From NCBI GenBank assembly GCA_044450345.1, contig JBIOIY010000037.1, forward strand, positions 1 to 31,671: DNA of 31,671 bases. The letters are read 5' to 3'. This stretch comes from Thermodesulfovibrionales bacterium (GTDB taxonomy: Bacteria > Nitrospirota > Thermodesulfovibrionia > Thermodesulfovibrionales > UBA6898). The translations under genes were made by a program, and so were the position numbers. Of this stretch, positions 1 to 9,092 are shown in pieces; positions within the stretch are counted from its first letter, which is position 1, and every line of letters starts with the position of its first letter. The notes beneath the pieces were generated by a model that had not been told where the DNA came from, made no database searches, and worked only from the letters and a program-made list of their open reading frames with translations.

Positions 1-469
1 TGGTGAAGGCACAACATTTTTTGTCTATCTTCCTGCATTAGAGGCTTTGGAAACATTGGCAGTGACTGTTCCTGCAGACGTCCGGGCTCTCAGAAAAGGC
101 AGGATTCTCCTGATGGACGACGAGGATATTGTCAGGAATATTGCCGGGGTCATGATCAGATCGCTTGGTCACGAAGTGGAACTGGTTGAAAACGGCAAAG
201 ACGCGATCGACAAATATCGTGAGTCAATGAGATCGGGCAGACAGTTCGACATCGTCATCATGGATCTCACGATTCGCGGGGGCATGGGCGGTGAAGAGGC
301 GATAAAAGTACTTCTTGAGATTGATCCCGACATCAAGGCAATTGTATCAAGCGGATATACCGAGAGTTCTGCCATCTCTGAATATGGAGCATTAGGATTC
401 AAGGCATGTCTCACAAAGCCTTATGATATCGTTTCGTTGAATGGTACGTTGAATAGTCTGCTGGATTAA
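1..469 (+). CDS. Hybrid sensor histidine kinase/response regulator, C-terminal part (5' truncated by the window)
   Basis: The frame is open from base 2: GEGTTFFVYLPA (end of an HATPase_c domain), then a receiver domain with ILLMDDE, IVIMD, VSSGY and LTKPY. Confidence 0.9.
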   Translation, partial: GEGTTFFVYLPALEALETLAVTVPADVRALRKGRILLMDDEDIVRNIAGVMIRSLGHEVELVENGKDAIDKYRESMRSGRQFDIVIMDLTIRGGMGGEEAIKVLLEIDPDIKAIVSSGYTESSAISEYGALGFKACLTKPYDIVSLNGTLNSLLD

Positions 470-534
470 TTTTCTCTGCCATTCGCTGTTGTAGCCGGCC
501 TTCTACCGGTATATACTTAAGAAATGGGCATAGC

Positions 535-1077
535 ATGGAACAGGTAAAGACCTTTAAGGCAAGAAACGGGCAGGAGATCACTCTCAGGCCGGCTGAGACT
601 GATGATTCCTGCGCAATCGTGAGTACAGTGCGGTCCACCGCGCTTGAACGCAGTTATGTCCTCATGGAGCATTATGGCAGGAATATCGAGTCTGAGAAAG
701 AGTATATCAGCGGTCTGGACCGGGGCAAAAACCTGCTTATGGTCGCGGTCGCCGAAGCCGATGTGGTAGGCTGTCTGGCAGGGATCCAGGCGGACGCCGG
801 TCGATGGGAATCGACGGCCCACATCCTCCATCTCGGACTCCATATTAAAGAGGCCTACCGGGGGCTGGGCATCGGATCGGAGATGCTTGCCTATGCGGAG
901 GCATGGGCGGTGCAGCGGGGCTTCAAGAAATTGGAGGCGAGCATCTTTACCGGGAACAAGCGTTCTCTTCACCTCTTTAACCGGGCCGGCTTCACGGAGG
1001 AAGGGGTAAGAAAGGTCCGGATCAGAGTGGGCAATGATTACCTCGATGAGGTGCTGGTCGGCAAAATACTGCCGTAG
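535..1077 (+). CDS. GNAT family N-acetyltransferase
   Basis: Acetyl-CoA motif A YRGLGIG and N-x-R-S-x-x-L-F-x-x-x-GF-x-x-EG. Confidence 0.9.
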   Translation: MEQVKTFKARNGQEITLRPAETDDSCAIVSTVRSTALERSYVLMEHYGRNIESEKEYISGLDRGKNLLMVAVAEADVVGCLAGIQADAGRWESTAHILHLGLHIKEAYRGLGIGSEMLAYAEAWAVQRGFKKLEASIFTGNKRSLHLFNRAGFTEEGVRKVRIRVGNDYLDEVLVGKILP

Positions 1078-1149
1078 CCAAATAGGGGATCATCCTGATG
1101 TCACCAAACTCTTTAGAAAAGCATATGGCAGCTCCCTCCCTTCGACAAG

Positions 1150-2055
1150 ATGATTACCCTTAACGAGGACTTCTACAAAAAAATCCTTGATAGTCTTTAC
1201 GACGGGGTGTATTTCGTCGATCTGCACAGAAAGATCACCTATTGGAACAAGAGCGCTGAATCTCTCACCGGATACAAGAGTTCAGACATTATAGGCAAGC
1301 ATTGCTGGGACAATATCCTTGTACACGTCGATTTGGACGGGCAAAACCTATGTCAAGGACCGTGCCCGCTCGTTAGATCGATGAAGGAAGACGCAATGCT
1401 GGAACAGGAAGTGTACCTAAAGCACAAAGATGGACACAGGGTCCCCGTTCTGCTCCGTGCAAGTCCGATTAAAAATGGAAAAGGGCACATAATCGGGGCC
1501 GTAGAAATATTTAGCGATAATTCCCCTCGAATTAACCTTGAAAATAAAGTCGAGGAATTGCAAAAGTTGGCCCTGCTCGATCAGCTCACCGGGTTGGGGA
1601 ACAGGAGATATGCGGAATTAGCCGTACATACAAAATTGGACGAAATGCGCAGGTATGATTGGGATTTCGGCGTACTTTTTATAGATGTCGATAATTTTAA
1701 GAAGATCAATGACACCCATGGTCATGAGACCGGCGATAAGGTCTTGCAAATGGTGGCCAAGACACTATATAACGGGGTCAGGTCGTCTGACATAATAAGC
1801 AGATGGGGCGGCGAAGAATTTGTTGCATTCATTCCTCATGTGGATAAACAGACATTTTGCGCATTAGCCGACAAACTCCGCATACTTGTCGAGCAATCGG
1901 GCCTTTTTGCCGGACAAGGATTAGTCAATGTCACCGTCTCCATCGGAGGCACAATCTCAAAAAAAAGCGACACCGCTGAAGAATTGATCGACAGGGCGGA
2001 CCAACTGATGTATAAAGGCAAACTATCCGGACGCAATTGCGTGGTAGTGGATTAG
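1150..2055 (+). CDS. PAS-domain diguanylate cyclase
   Basis: N-terminal PAS (YWNKSAESLTGY), DQLTGLGNRR, DVDNFKKINDTHGH, RxxD I-site (RSSD) and intact RWGGEEF. Confidence 0.95.
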   Translation: MITLNEDFYKKILDSLYDGVYFVDLHRKITYWNKSAESLTGYKSSDIIGKHCWDNILVHVDLDGQNLCQGPCPLVRSMKEDAMLEQEVYLKHKDGHRVPVLLRASPIKNGKGHIIGAVEIFSDNSPRINLENKVEELQKLALLDQLTGLGNRRYAELAVHTKLDEMRRYDWDFGVLFIDVDNFKKINDTHGHETGDKVLQMVAKTLYNGVRSSDIISRWGGEEFVAFIPHVDKQTFCALADKLRILVEQSGLFAGQGLVNVTVSIGGTISKKSDTAEELIDRADQLMYKGKLSGRNCVVVD

Positions 2056-2110
2056 CAACTAAGTCCTCACCTCCTTACGCTTTAGCTATTTCAATCTAAC
2101 CGTCCGCCGC

Positions 2111-2132
2111 AGGGCGGGATTCTCCCCGCCCT
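2111..2132. terminator. GC-rich hairpin between convergent GGDEF and iscU genes
   Basis: AGGGCGGG-attctc-CCCGCCCT perfect 8-bp stem; no strong U-tract. Confidence 0.45.
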
Positions 2133-2141
2133 CACGCACGT

Positions 2142-2510
2142 TTATTTCTGTTTGCTCCTGTAGTCCTCAATCGCCTTTTTCAGCGCATCAGCGCCGAGGT
2201 TCGAGCAGTGCATCTTCTGGGGAGGAAGCCCGCCGAGCTCCGCCGCGACCGCCTCTTTCGATATCGCGAGCGCCTCATCGAGGGTCTTTCCCTTCACCAT
2301 CTCGGTCACCATGCTGCTGACCGCGATCGCCGCGCCGCAGCCGAAGGTCTTGAATTTCGCGTCCACGATCTTACCGTCCCTTACCTTGATAAAGATCTTC
2401 ATCGCGTCGCCGCAGGTCGGGTTGCCTTCGATGCCTACGCCGTCGGCGTCCGCCATATCACCCACGTTCCGAGGGTTCGTAAAATGGTCCATTACTCTTT
2501 CACTGTACAT
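2142..2510 (-). CDS. iscU: Fe-S cluster scaffold IscU/NifU N-terminal type
   Basis: MYSERVMDHFTNPRNVG, NPTCGD, TFGCGAAIA, KMHCSNL; ATG at 2510 preceded by the SD-like GGTGGAG. Confidence 0.95.
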   Translation of the reverse strand: MYSERVMDHFTNPRNVGDMADADGVGIEGNPTCGDAMKIFIKVRDGKIVDAKFKTFGCGAAIAVSSMVTEMVKGKTLDEALAISKEAVAAELGGLPPQKMHCSNLGADALKKAIEDYRSKQK

Positions 2511-3694
2511 TGTTCTCCACCTTCCTCTCTGTCTCCCCAACCCTGCGCAAAAGGGGAGATCTCTCTCAGTCTTTTGATTACCGCCGGAAATTCATTCACC
2601 ACATAATCAATGTCTTCGCCCGTGTTGCCCATTCCGAGAGTAAATACTATCGAGCCCTGCGCAAGGCTCGACGAGATACCCATCGAAAGCAGGACCGGCG
2701 ACGCCTTCAATGCCTTTGAAGAACAGGCCGAACCACTCGCCGAAAAAATGCCCTTTGCAGCAAGGAGGAGAAGCATCGCCTCCCCCTCTATATACTCAAC
2801 ACAGAAGCTCGCATGGCCGGGAAGCCTCTTCTCCCTGTCGCCTGTAAGATATACCCTGTCCACCCCCGACATCGTATCGATTATTCGGTCCCTCAACGGC
2901 CTTACGTATTCCATTCTCTTTTTCAATTCCGCCCTGGCAATTTCAGCCGCCTTTCCCATGCCGACGATGGCAGGGACGTTCTCAGTGCCCGCCCTTCTCC
3001 CCGACTCCTGGATACCGCCGTAGATCAGCGGGACGATGCGCATCCCCTGTTTCACATAAAGGGCGGCCGCGCCCTTCGGTCCGTAGAACTGATGGGCCGC
3101 CATGCTAAGGAGGTCTACCCCGAGATCTTTGACATCAACGGGGATGTTCCCGGTGGTGGCAACCGCGTCGGTATGCACCACGATATTCTTCTCTTTTGCG
3201 ACCTTCACGATCTCCTTGATAGGCTCTATCGTGCCGACTTCGCTGCTGGCGTGTGTCACGGATATCAATACGGTTTCCTTCGTGATCGCTTTCTTTACCG
3301 TCTCGGGGTCGACGAAACCCTTTTTGTCCACCGGGAGATAGGTAACGACGAAACCGCTTTTCTCTAAAAAGCGGGCCGAGTTAAGGACCGAATGGTGCTC
3401 CATCCTGGAGACAAGGACGTGTTTGCCCTCGTTCTGCTTCGCAAGGGCTATCCCCCGAAGGGCGAAGTTGTTCGCCTCGGCCCCGCTCGCCGTGAAAATT
3501 ACTTCCGCAGGCTTCGCATTGATGAGGCCGGCGACCTTTTCCCTGGCATCTTCTATCGCCGTCTTGGCCCTCATCCCGTATTCATAGACGCTGAGGGGGT
3601 TGCCGAACTCCTCCCTGAAATAGGGCAGCATCGCGTCGAACACTTCCGGAAGAAGTGGGTTCGTCGCGACATGGTCGAGATATATCTTCTTCAT
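2492..3694 (-). CDS. iscS: Cysteine desulfurase-family protein (IscS/NifS group I), PLP Lys replaced by Gln
   Basis: IYLDHVATNP, EHHSV, HTDAV, RAGTENV, SGSACS. The canonical HK(F/I)YGPKG reads HQFYGPKG. Start taken as ATG 3694 (GTG 3700 is an alternative). Confidence 0.9.
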   Translation of the reverse strand: MKKIYLDHVATNPLLPEVFDAMLPYFREEFGNPLSVYEYGMRAKTAIEDAREKVAGLINAKPAEVIFTASGAEANNFALRGIALAKQNEGKHVLVSRMEHHSVLNSARFLEKSGFVVTYLPVDKKGFVDPETVKKAITKETVLISVTHASSEVGTIEPIKEIVKVAKEKNIVVHTDAVATTGNIPVDVKDLGVDLLSMAAHQFYGPKGAAALYVKQGMRIVPLIYGGIQESGRRAGTENVPAIVGMGKAAEIARAELKKRMEYVRPLRDRIIDTMSGVDRVYLTGDREKRLPGHASFCVEYIEGEAMLLLLAAKGIFSASGSACSSKALKASPVLLSMGISSSLAQGSIVFTLGMGNTGEDIDYVVNEFPAVIKRLREISPFAQGWGDREEGGEQCTVKE

Positions 3695-3696
3695 AA

Positions 3697-3948
3697 TCAC
3701 CTCGCATGCTTCTTTATATAAAATTTGAAAAAATCAGCGGACTCCTCCATACCGAGAAACTCGTTGCCCGTCTTATCGCACCAGGCAGGGATATCTTCGA
3801 GCGCCCCGTCGTAGTCGGTCATGATCTCAAGTATCTGCCCCTGGTCGAGCTCCCTTATCTGTTCCTCCAGCTTCAGAAGGTGCATCGGACACATCATATA
3901 GACGATGTCTGTCGTTACATCGGGTTTTACGTTCTCTACAAATTTCAT
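3697..3948 (-). CDS. tusA: TusA/SirA family sulfur carrier protein
   Basis: 83 aa from ATG 3948, overlapping the iscR stop. DIVYMMCPMH (CPxP-like), GQILEIMTD, DIPAWC..TGNE, FYIKK. Confidence 0.85.
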   Translation of the reverse strand: MKFVENVKPDVTTDIVYMMCPMHLLKLEEQIRELDQGQILEIMTDYDGALEDIPAWCDKTGNEFLGMEESADFFKFYIKKHAR

Positions 3949-4424
3949 CTCGCCAGACTGTGCGCCGCGCCCTTCCCGGTTTTTTTCCTTCCAATGTTGC
4001 CCTGTAAATCTATCTGCTGGCTGCCTTTTAAAAGGTCCCTCAGCGTCATCTTGTCGAGAAAAGCCTCGATGTTCTCTCCGAGGGACTTCCAGAGAAGATG
4101 GGTCACACAGCCCTCGACCCTCATACACCCCTCCTTGGGATCAAGGCACGACGTAATCGCCACAGGCCCTTCGAGTTCCCTTAAGATTGCCCCTATGCTT
4201 ATGCTGTCGGGGTCCTTACTCAGCACATAGCCGCCTCCGGGACCTTTAACGCTGTTGATGATTCCGGCTTTGCGCAGTGTGTTGAGTATCTGTTCGAGAT
4301 ATGCAACCGACACGTCCTGCCTCTCCGATATCTCCTTGATCGTTATCGGACCGCAGCTATATCCCCTGGCGATCTCATACATCGCCCGCACTCCGTACTG
4401 GCCTTTCGTGGACAACCTCAACAT
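3945..4424 (-). CDS. iscR: Rrf2 family regulator, IscR-like
   Basis: LSTKGQYG, YLEQI, SVKGPGGGY and C-x6-C-x5-C-x2-H (CLDPKEGCMRVEGCVTH), matching 3Cys-1His cluster ligation; first gene of the isc cluster. Confidence 0.9.
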   Translation of the reverse strand: MLRLSTKGQYGVRAMYEIARGYSCGPITIKEISERQDVSVAYLEQILNTLRKAGIINSVKGPGGGYVLSKDPDSISIGAILRELEGPVAITSCLDPKEGCMRVEGCVTHLLWKSLGENIEAFLDKMTLRDLLKGSQQIDLQGNIGRKKTGKGAAHSLAR

Positions 4425-4430
4425 ATATCT

Positions 4431-4463
4431 AAATTAAAATACTCTAGTAAATCTGTCAAGTAT
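4431..4463 (-). promoter_or_regulatory. sigma70 promoter overlapped by an IscR type-1-like operator
   Basis: Minus strand TTGACA-N17-TAATTT. The 25-mer ATACTTGACAGATTTACTAGAGTAT (4439-4463) resembles the IscR type-1 consensus ATASYYGACTRwwwYAGTCRRSTAT. Confidence 0.7.
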
Positions 4464-4585
4464 TATTTCATTGACCTTTTTTGGCCGGCCCGCCATGCGG
4501 TGCATAAACAAGGGCCGTTGACTGCTACGAAGTATATGAGTGGGAGAAAAAATAGCGGGATACAGGCTTGTCCGGTGCCGGACCG

Positions 4586-5395
4586 CTAGCCCCGTAACGC
4601 CACAGCAACCTTCTCGCCGACGGCTATATGGTGTTCATCGGCGGCATTTCCCCTGCATATGAAGAATTCAAGAAGACCCGAGCTGTTCACGACGGAGCAT
4701 AGATTCCCTCCTTCTCCTTCCGCATAAAAACTCCTTAGGGGGATTTCCCCACCCCTGAATATGACTTTGCACTGCCGCCCTTTTCCCGCGCCGCATGCCT
4801 TATCCATATCGGACTTTGTTATGTTCGTAATGGCATTGCCGAACCTGTCAACAAGAATGACCTCGCCCCGTAATTCACCTTCGGGAGTCAACTGCGGCAG
4901 AGGCAATGCAATCTTTTCGTAATCGGTAATGAGGTCGCCGAATTTTTCCATGCCGACCCCCCTCGAAAACCATCCTGCGACAGGTGCAAAGACGTCGCGG
5001 CCCTGAAATGTGGCGCTTTCCTTACTGAGGAAATAGTGCTCCGCGGTGACATGCACCACATCGAGTGTTTCATGCTCCATCTTGTAGATAAAGGAAAAAA
5101 CTCCGTTGTCGGGACCCAAAAAATAATGATGGTCCGACATTATAAGGACCGGTCTCCTATGGGACCCCACGCCGGGATCTACAACCACGACATGGAGCGT
5201 TTCATCCGGGAAGTAGCGGAAATTCATTCCTATCGTGTATGCGGCCTCCTGAATGTCCTGCGGTCTGATCCCGTGAGTGATGTCGATGATTTCGGCCCCG
5301 GGATTGATTTTGAGGATCACACCCTTCATAACGCCGACGAAAGGGCTGTCGCAGCCGAAGTCCGTGGTGAGGGTTATGATAGGCCTATCGGGCAT
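4586..5395 (-). CDS. SAM hydroxide adenosyltransferase / chlorinase-fluorinase family (DUF62)
   Basis: [55 protein letters not shown]. Confidence 0.92.
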   Translation of the reverse strand: MPDRPIITLTTDFGCDSPFVGVMKGVILKINPGAEIIDITHGIRPQDIQEAAYTIGMNFRYFPDETLHVVVVDPGVGSHRRPVLIMSDHHYFLGPDNGVFSFIYKMEHETLDVVHVTAEHYFLSKESATFQGRDVFAPVAGWFSRGVGMEKFGDLITDYEKIALPLPQLTPEGELRGEVILVDRFGNAITNITKSDMDKACGAGKGRQCKVIFRGGEIPLRSFYAEGEGGNLCSVVNSSGLLEFFICRGNAADEHHIAVGEKVAVALRG

Positions 5396-6296
5396 GGACA
5401 GTTCCAGTTAAAGAACCGATATCCTCTATGCCTTCCTTTTCCATATAATCGATTATACCATCTACGATCCCGATCGTCGCGCCCGGGTCCACAAAATTCG
5501 CGGTGCCGACTGCAATCGCAGAGGCGCCGGCTATGATAAATTCTATCGCGTCATCGGAGCCCATGATACCGCCCATGCCGATAATCGGGACCTCCACAGC
5601 ATTGAACACTTCGTATACCATCCTCACCGCCACGGGTTTGATTGCCGGTCCGGAAAGACCGCCCGTGACATTCGCAAGCATCGGCCTCCTCGTCCTTATG
5701 TCGATCGCCATCCCCGTAAGCGTATTTATCAGAGACAACGCGTCCGCGCCCGCCTCCACCGCCGCGCGAGCCATTACCGAAATGTCGGTCACATTGGGGG
5801 AAAGTTTGACGATAAGAGGAAGTGTGGTCCTTTTTCTGACCGCACTCACCACCTCGAATGTAACCTTCGGGTCCGTACCGAAGATGCACCAGCCGGCCTG
5901 TTTGTTGGGACATGATATGTTCATCTCAAGGCCATGGACGCCTTCAGCGGCACAGAGCATCTCGGCGGCAATCACGTATTCGTCCACCGAATCCCCGAAG
6001 AAATTTACGATGACGGAAGTATCGTATGTTCTCAGGAAAGGCAGCTTCTCTTTTATAAACCTGTCGATGCCGATATTCTGAAGGCCTATGGCATTAAGCA
6101 TTCCCGCTGCAGTCTCGACCACGCGTGGAGGGGGGTTGCCTTCTTTTGGCTTGGGAGAAAGACCCTTTACGACCACAGCCCCGAGCCTGCCGAGGTCGAT
6201 AAACTCCGCATATTCCTCGCCGTAGCCGAACGTACCCGATGCGGTCATGACCGGGTTCTTAAGCCTCAATTTGCCGATGTTTACTTCAAGGTTCAT
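5385..6296 (-). CDS. pyrD: Dihydroorotate dehydrogenase, family 1B catalytic subunit
   Basis: [48 protein letters not shown]; adjacent to pyrK. Confidence 0.96.
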   Translation of the reverse strand: MNLEVNIGKLRLKNPVMTASGTFGYGEEYAEFIDLGRLGAVVVKGLSPKPKEGNPPPRVVETAAGMLNAIGLQNIGIDRFIKEKLPFLRTYDTSVIVNFFGDSVDEYVIAAEMLCAAEGVHGLEMNISCPNKQAGWCIFGTDPKVTFEVVSAVRKRTTLPLIVKLSPNVTDISVMARAAVEAGADALSLINTLTGMAIDIRTRRPMLANVTGGLSGPAIKPVAVRMVYEVFNAVEVPIIGMGGIMGSDDAIEFIIAGASAIAVGTANFVDPGATIGIVDGIIDYMEKEGIEDIGSLTGTVHAR

Positions 6297-6342
6297 ACCT
6301 CTATCCTCTAACTAAGAAGTCCTTGGCAAAACACTGCATTTT

Positions 6343-6401
6343 GTCATTCCCGCTTGTCGGGAATCCTTCCCCAAGAAAGATCCCGGACAAGCCGGGATGA
6401 C
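6343..6401. repeat. REP/REPIN-like inverted doublet of palindromic units
   Basis: GTCATTCCCGCTTGTCGGGAATC (6343-6365) and GATCCCGGACAAGCCGGGATGAC (6379-6401) are imperfect inverted copies, and each forms its own hairpin. Confidence 0.7.
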
Positions 6402-6460
6402 GGACTGAAGTCCCGTGAAACCTGAACTTGAATGAGCAAAAATGTCTTGTCCGCTGCTTC

Positions 6461-7228
6461 TCACCACACAATCTCCTTTGCGTCAAACACCGGCCCTTCC
6501 TTGCATACCCTTTTATAACCAGACCTTGTCTTTACCACACATCCCAGACACGCCCCGATCCCGCACGCCATATGCTCTTCGAGTGAAACGTATGCCTTTA
6601 TGCCGTTTGCCATTGCGGTCTTTGAGATCTCTCCGAGCATGACATTAGGACCGCAGGCATAAATGACAGGTCGATGCAGGGCGTCACGTTTCCTGATGAA
6701 ATCAGACAGGACATCCACCACCGTACCTCTTACGCCGCATGAACCGTCATCGGTGCATACGACCAGTTCCCTGTAAAACGATTCAAGGGCATCCGTCATA
6801 AAAAGCTCTTGCTCGGCGCGTGCGCCGTAAAAGACGAAGGCCTTTTTCGAAAGTTTTTCGACGAGGGAGAAAACCGATGCGATCCCGATACCTCCGGCGA
6901 TCACGAGGGGGCTCTCCGAATCAGACGGCAGGGGATAGCCGTTTCCGAGAGGACCCATTACATGAAGCACCGTACCTTCCTTTAAATCTTTCAGGATGGA
7001 AGTTCCCTTCCCCTTTATCCTGTAGAGCATCTGAAAACCGTCCTGCGTGCGTCTGAAAAGGCTGAAGGCCCTCTTTAAGAGAGGGTCAAACCCCTTGCTC
7101 ACCTCAAGCATATAGAACTGTCCGGGGAGGGGTTCCGTCATCGCATCGAGGTTGGCGAGGGAGAGGATGTTATGGTTTTGGGTTACAGGCCGGTTCGATC
7201 GTATCTCTGCCCTGAAGTATCTACTCAA
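6461..7228 (-). CDS. pyrK: Dihydroorotate dehydrogenase electron transfer subunit
   Basis: PGQF, GPLGNG, AGGIG, YACGP, SLEEHMACGIGACLGC..VCKEGPVF (2Fe-2S); TTG start. Confidence 0.95.
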   Translation of the reverse strand: MSRYFRAEIRSNRPVTQNHNILSLANLDAMTEPLPGQFYMLEVSKGFDPLLKRAFSLFRRTQDGFQMLYRIKGKGTSILKDLKEGTVLHVMGPLGNGYPLPSDSESPLVIAGGIGIASVFSLVEKLSKKAFVFYGARAEQELFMTDALESFYRELVVCTDDGSCGVRGTVVDVLSDFIRKRDALHRPVIYACGPNVMLGEISKTAMANGIKAYVSLEEHMACGIGACLGCVVKTRSGYKRVCKEGPVFDAKEIVW

Positions 7229-7694
7229 AATTGATCTCTAGTATCTCGTACTCTATCGTCCGCGCGGGCGCCTTGATGATCGCGGTGTCGCCGACGTCTT
7301 TGCCGATGAGCGCCTTTCCCACAGGGGAACTCAGGGATATTTTGCCCTGCTTCACATCAGCCTCCTCGGTGCCGACGAGATAAAAGACGTACTCTTCGTC
7401 AGCCTCGACATCCAGGACCTTCACCTTCGCCCCGAAGGCGACCTTCGTCTGCTTTATCTTCGAAGGGTCGATGACGTCCGCGAGTGCGATCTTCGCCTTA
7501 AGCTCCTGTATCCTCCCCTGGATAAAACCCTGCTGATCCTTGGCCGCATGATATTCGGCGTTCTCGGAGAGGTCGCCGTGTGCGCGCGCCTCCGCTATCG
7601 CCTGTATGTTCTTCGGCCTGTCGACCTTCATGAGCCTCTCGAGCTCCTCCTGCAGTTTCTTAAACCCGGCAGGTGTAAGCGGTACCCTCTGCAT
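7221..7694 (-). CDS. greA: Transcription elongation factor GreA
   Basis: AIAEARAHGDLSENAEYHAAK and ISLSSPVGKALIGK. Confidence 0.97.
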   Translation of the reverse strand: MQRVPLTPAGFKKLQEELERLMKVDRPKNIQAIAEARAHGDLSENAEYHAAKDQQGFIQGRIQELKAKIALADVIDPSKIKQTKVAFGAKVKVLDVEADEEYVFYLVGTEEADVKQGKISLSSPVGKALIGKDVGDTAIIKAPARTIEYEILEINFE

Positions 7695-8010
7695 TCTTAC
7701 TCCTTATATTTATTTATGCACGAAGCCCACCTTGTTAGAAAATCTCGGTCTTCTGACAGGGTAAAGTAATGTAACACGCCGGAGGATTTTTTTCAAAGAA
7801 GACGAACTTGCTTAACAGTTGCCGGATGTCATTCGAGAGGAACATTTTCTGCGACGCGGAAATCTTAGAGTATCGCCGCCGCCAGCGCTGTGGTCAGAAT
7901 CTTTCGCGAAAGGGCAAACACCTAACCTGTCTTTCAGCCCCCGTTTATTTCTGGTCTCAGTTCTGAACTTTTTCTTGATATCAGCCATCGGTTAGGATAA
8001 CATGATCAAT

Positions 8011-8229
8011 ATGAAACCCGAAGACCGCAACAGTAGAGAAAAATAAAGCGGGTACAGTCAACAGGAATTAGCCGACATATCAGGAGTAGCCAATGTTTGT
8101 ATTTCACGATGGGAAAATGGAGCAAGGGAATTACCTTTTTCCCTGCATTTTGCCCTAAGCTGCATGACGAAGAAAGACAATGAATTTAAACAAAGAGGAA
8201 TCAGGGAAGAAAGGAGGCTGAAAGGATGA
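8011..8229 (+). pseudogene. XRE/Cro-like HTH regulator pseudogene (in-frame TAA at 8044-8046)
   Basis: Translates MKPEDRNSREK*SGYSQQELADISGVANVCISRWENGARELPFSLHFALSC..., a typical HTH_3 pattern (SQxELA..GV....ISRWE.G.R). Its TGA overlaps the next ATG. Not in the ORF track. Confidence 0.75.
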
Positions 8230-8540
8230 AGTTACAAGGATTTTTGTGGTCTACGGTGGGAAGTCCGTCGCAGGAAATGGAGGTGAGTAGTTGCATCTTT
8301 AATAACAACAGCTTGTCGTTAGAGTATTATGATAGTGGCGACCAGTACCGTCTTGAGATCTCATCAAAAGACGGCATTGTTTTCGAAGGAAAATATGAGG
8401 GACCGAGTGAACCCGGGAAGGTATTGCTGAGATATTATCAGAACAAAAAGGGGACTGCTCACTTGTTTTACGGAGAGTGGTCTTCAGATACTGAAAAAGG
8501 GGCTTATTTTTTTGAACTTTTCGACAAAAGCAATGGATAA
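8226..8540 (+). CDS. Hypothetical protein (104 aa, predicted beta-rich, low GC)
   Basis: AGGAGG SD upstream and an ATGA overlap with the XRE pseudogene; no recognised motif. Confidence 0.6.
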   Translation: MKLQGFLWSTVGSPSQEMEVSSCIFNNNSLSLEYYDSGDQYRLEISSKDGIVFEGKYEGPSEPGKVLLRYYQNKKGTAHLFYGEWSSDTEKGAYFFELFDKSNG

Positions 8541-8573
8541 TTAACCCCAAAGAGAAAGAAAGGTGAAAGTTAA

Positions 8574-8636
8574 ATGGGCATGCTCTATTTAAGGGGTAAA
8601 ACATGGTGGGTACAATATTACCGCAATGGCATGTAG
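8574..8636 (+). pseudogene. Truncated N-terminus of a phage-type tyrosine integrase
   Basis: MGMLYLRGKTWWVQYYRNGM* with an AGGTG SD; resembles arm-binding N-termini of the M-G-x-x-Y-x-R-G-x-x-W-W-x-x-Y-Y-x-N-G type. Only 20 aa remain. Confidence 0.6.
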
Positions 8637-8930
8637 GGGATATTCAAGAATGCGCCATTTACGATTAGGCCAAGGTTCGTTCCCGTTGCTTTTGCGGACT
8701 GGGAGGTGAAAGTAACGCGGGGCCTCACCTCGGAGAATATTTCTTCCAGCCAACTCAATAATATCAACAAGGAAGTTTTAATTGACCTGATAATGATAAT
8801 TTGATATCCTGTGAGCAAAAGGGGAATAAATGCATGGAGGATCATCTCTGAAGCAAAAAAAGGCTTTAAGCAGCGGTCTGAATTTTGCTCTCATGTTAAA
8901 CGCTTTGCAAAAATCTATCGATCAATAACC

Positions 8931-8967
8931 GAAGGCGTTTCCTGTTCATTCAGGAGACGCCTTCTTT
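8931..8967 (+). terminator. Rho-independent terminator-like hairpin
   Basis: GAAGGCGTTTCCTG-ttcatt-CAGGAGACGCCTTC followed by TTT. Confidence 0.6.
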
Positions 8968-9092
8968 AATTGAAAGTGGGGATAAGAAGACGCTTTGATT
9001 TTCAACTGTAGAGGCGGGTCTTGTTGCAAAAGCAATGTGGCCGGTCTATTGAAGGAGAGATTTTTTGTCCCCAGGCAGGAGGATGGGTTCTA

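Noticed and set aside
3949..4128. 60-aa N-terminal extension of TusA
   Set aside because: It lies wholly inside iscR in another frame; the TusA fold starts at ATG 3948.
4586..5395. True halogenase (fluorinase/chlorinase) linked to halomethane metabolism
   Set aside because: It sits in a housekeeping pyr context and has DUF62-like motifs; nothing links it to the cluster 11 kb away.
8789..8808. Fur box (GATAATGATAAT...)
   Set aside because: Only the left part matches, the context is AT-rich and no iron-related gene follows.
8618..8845. 75-aa minus-strand ORF, and 15311..15505
   Set aside because: No SD, recognisable motif or supporting context.
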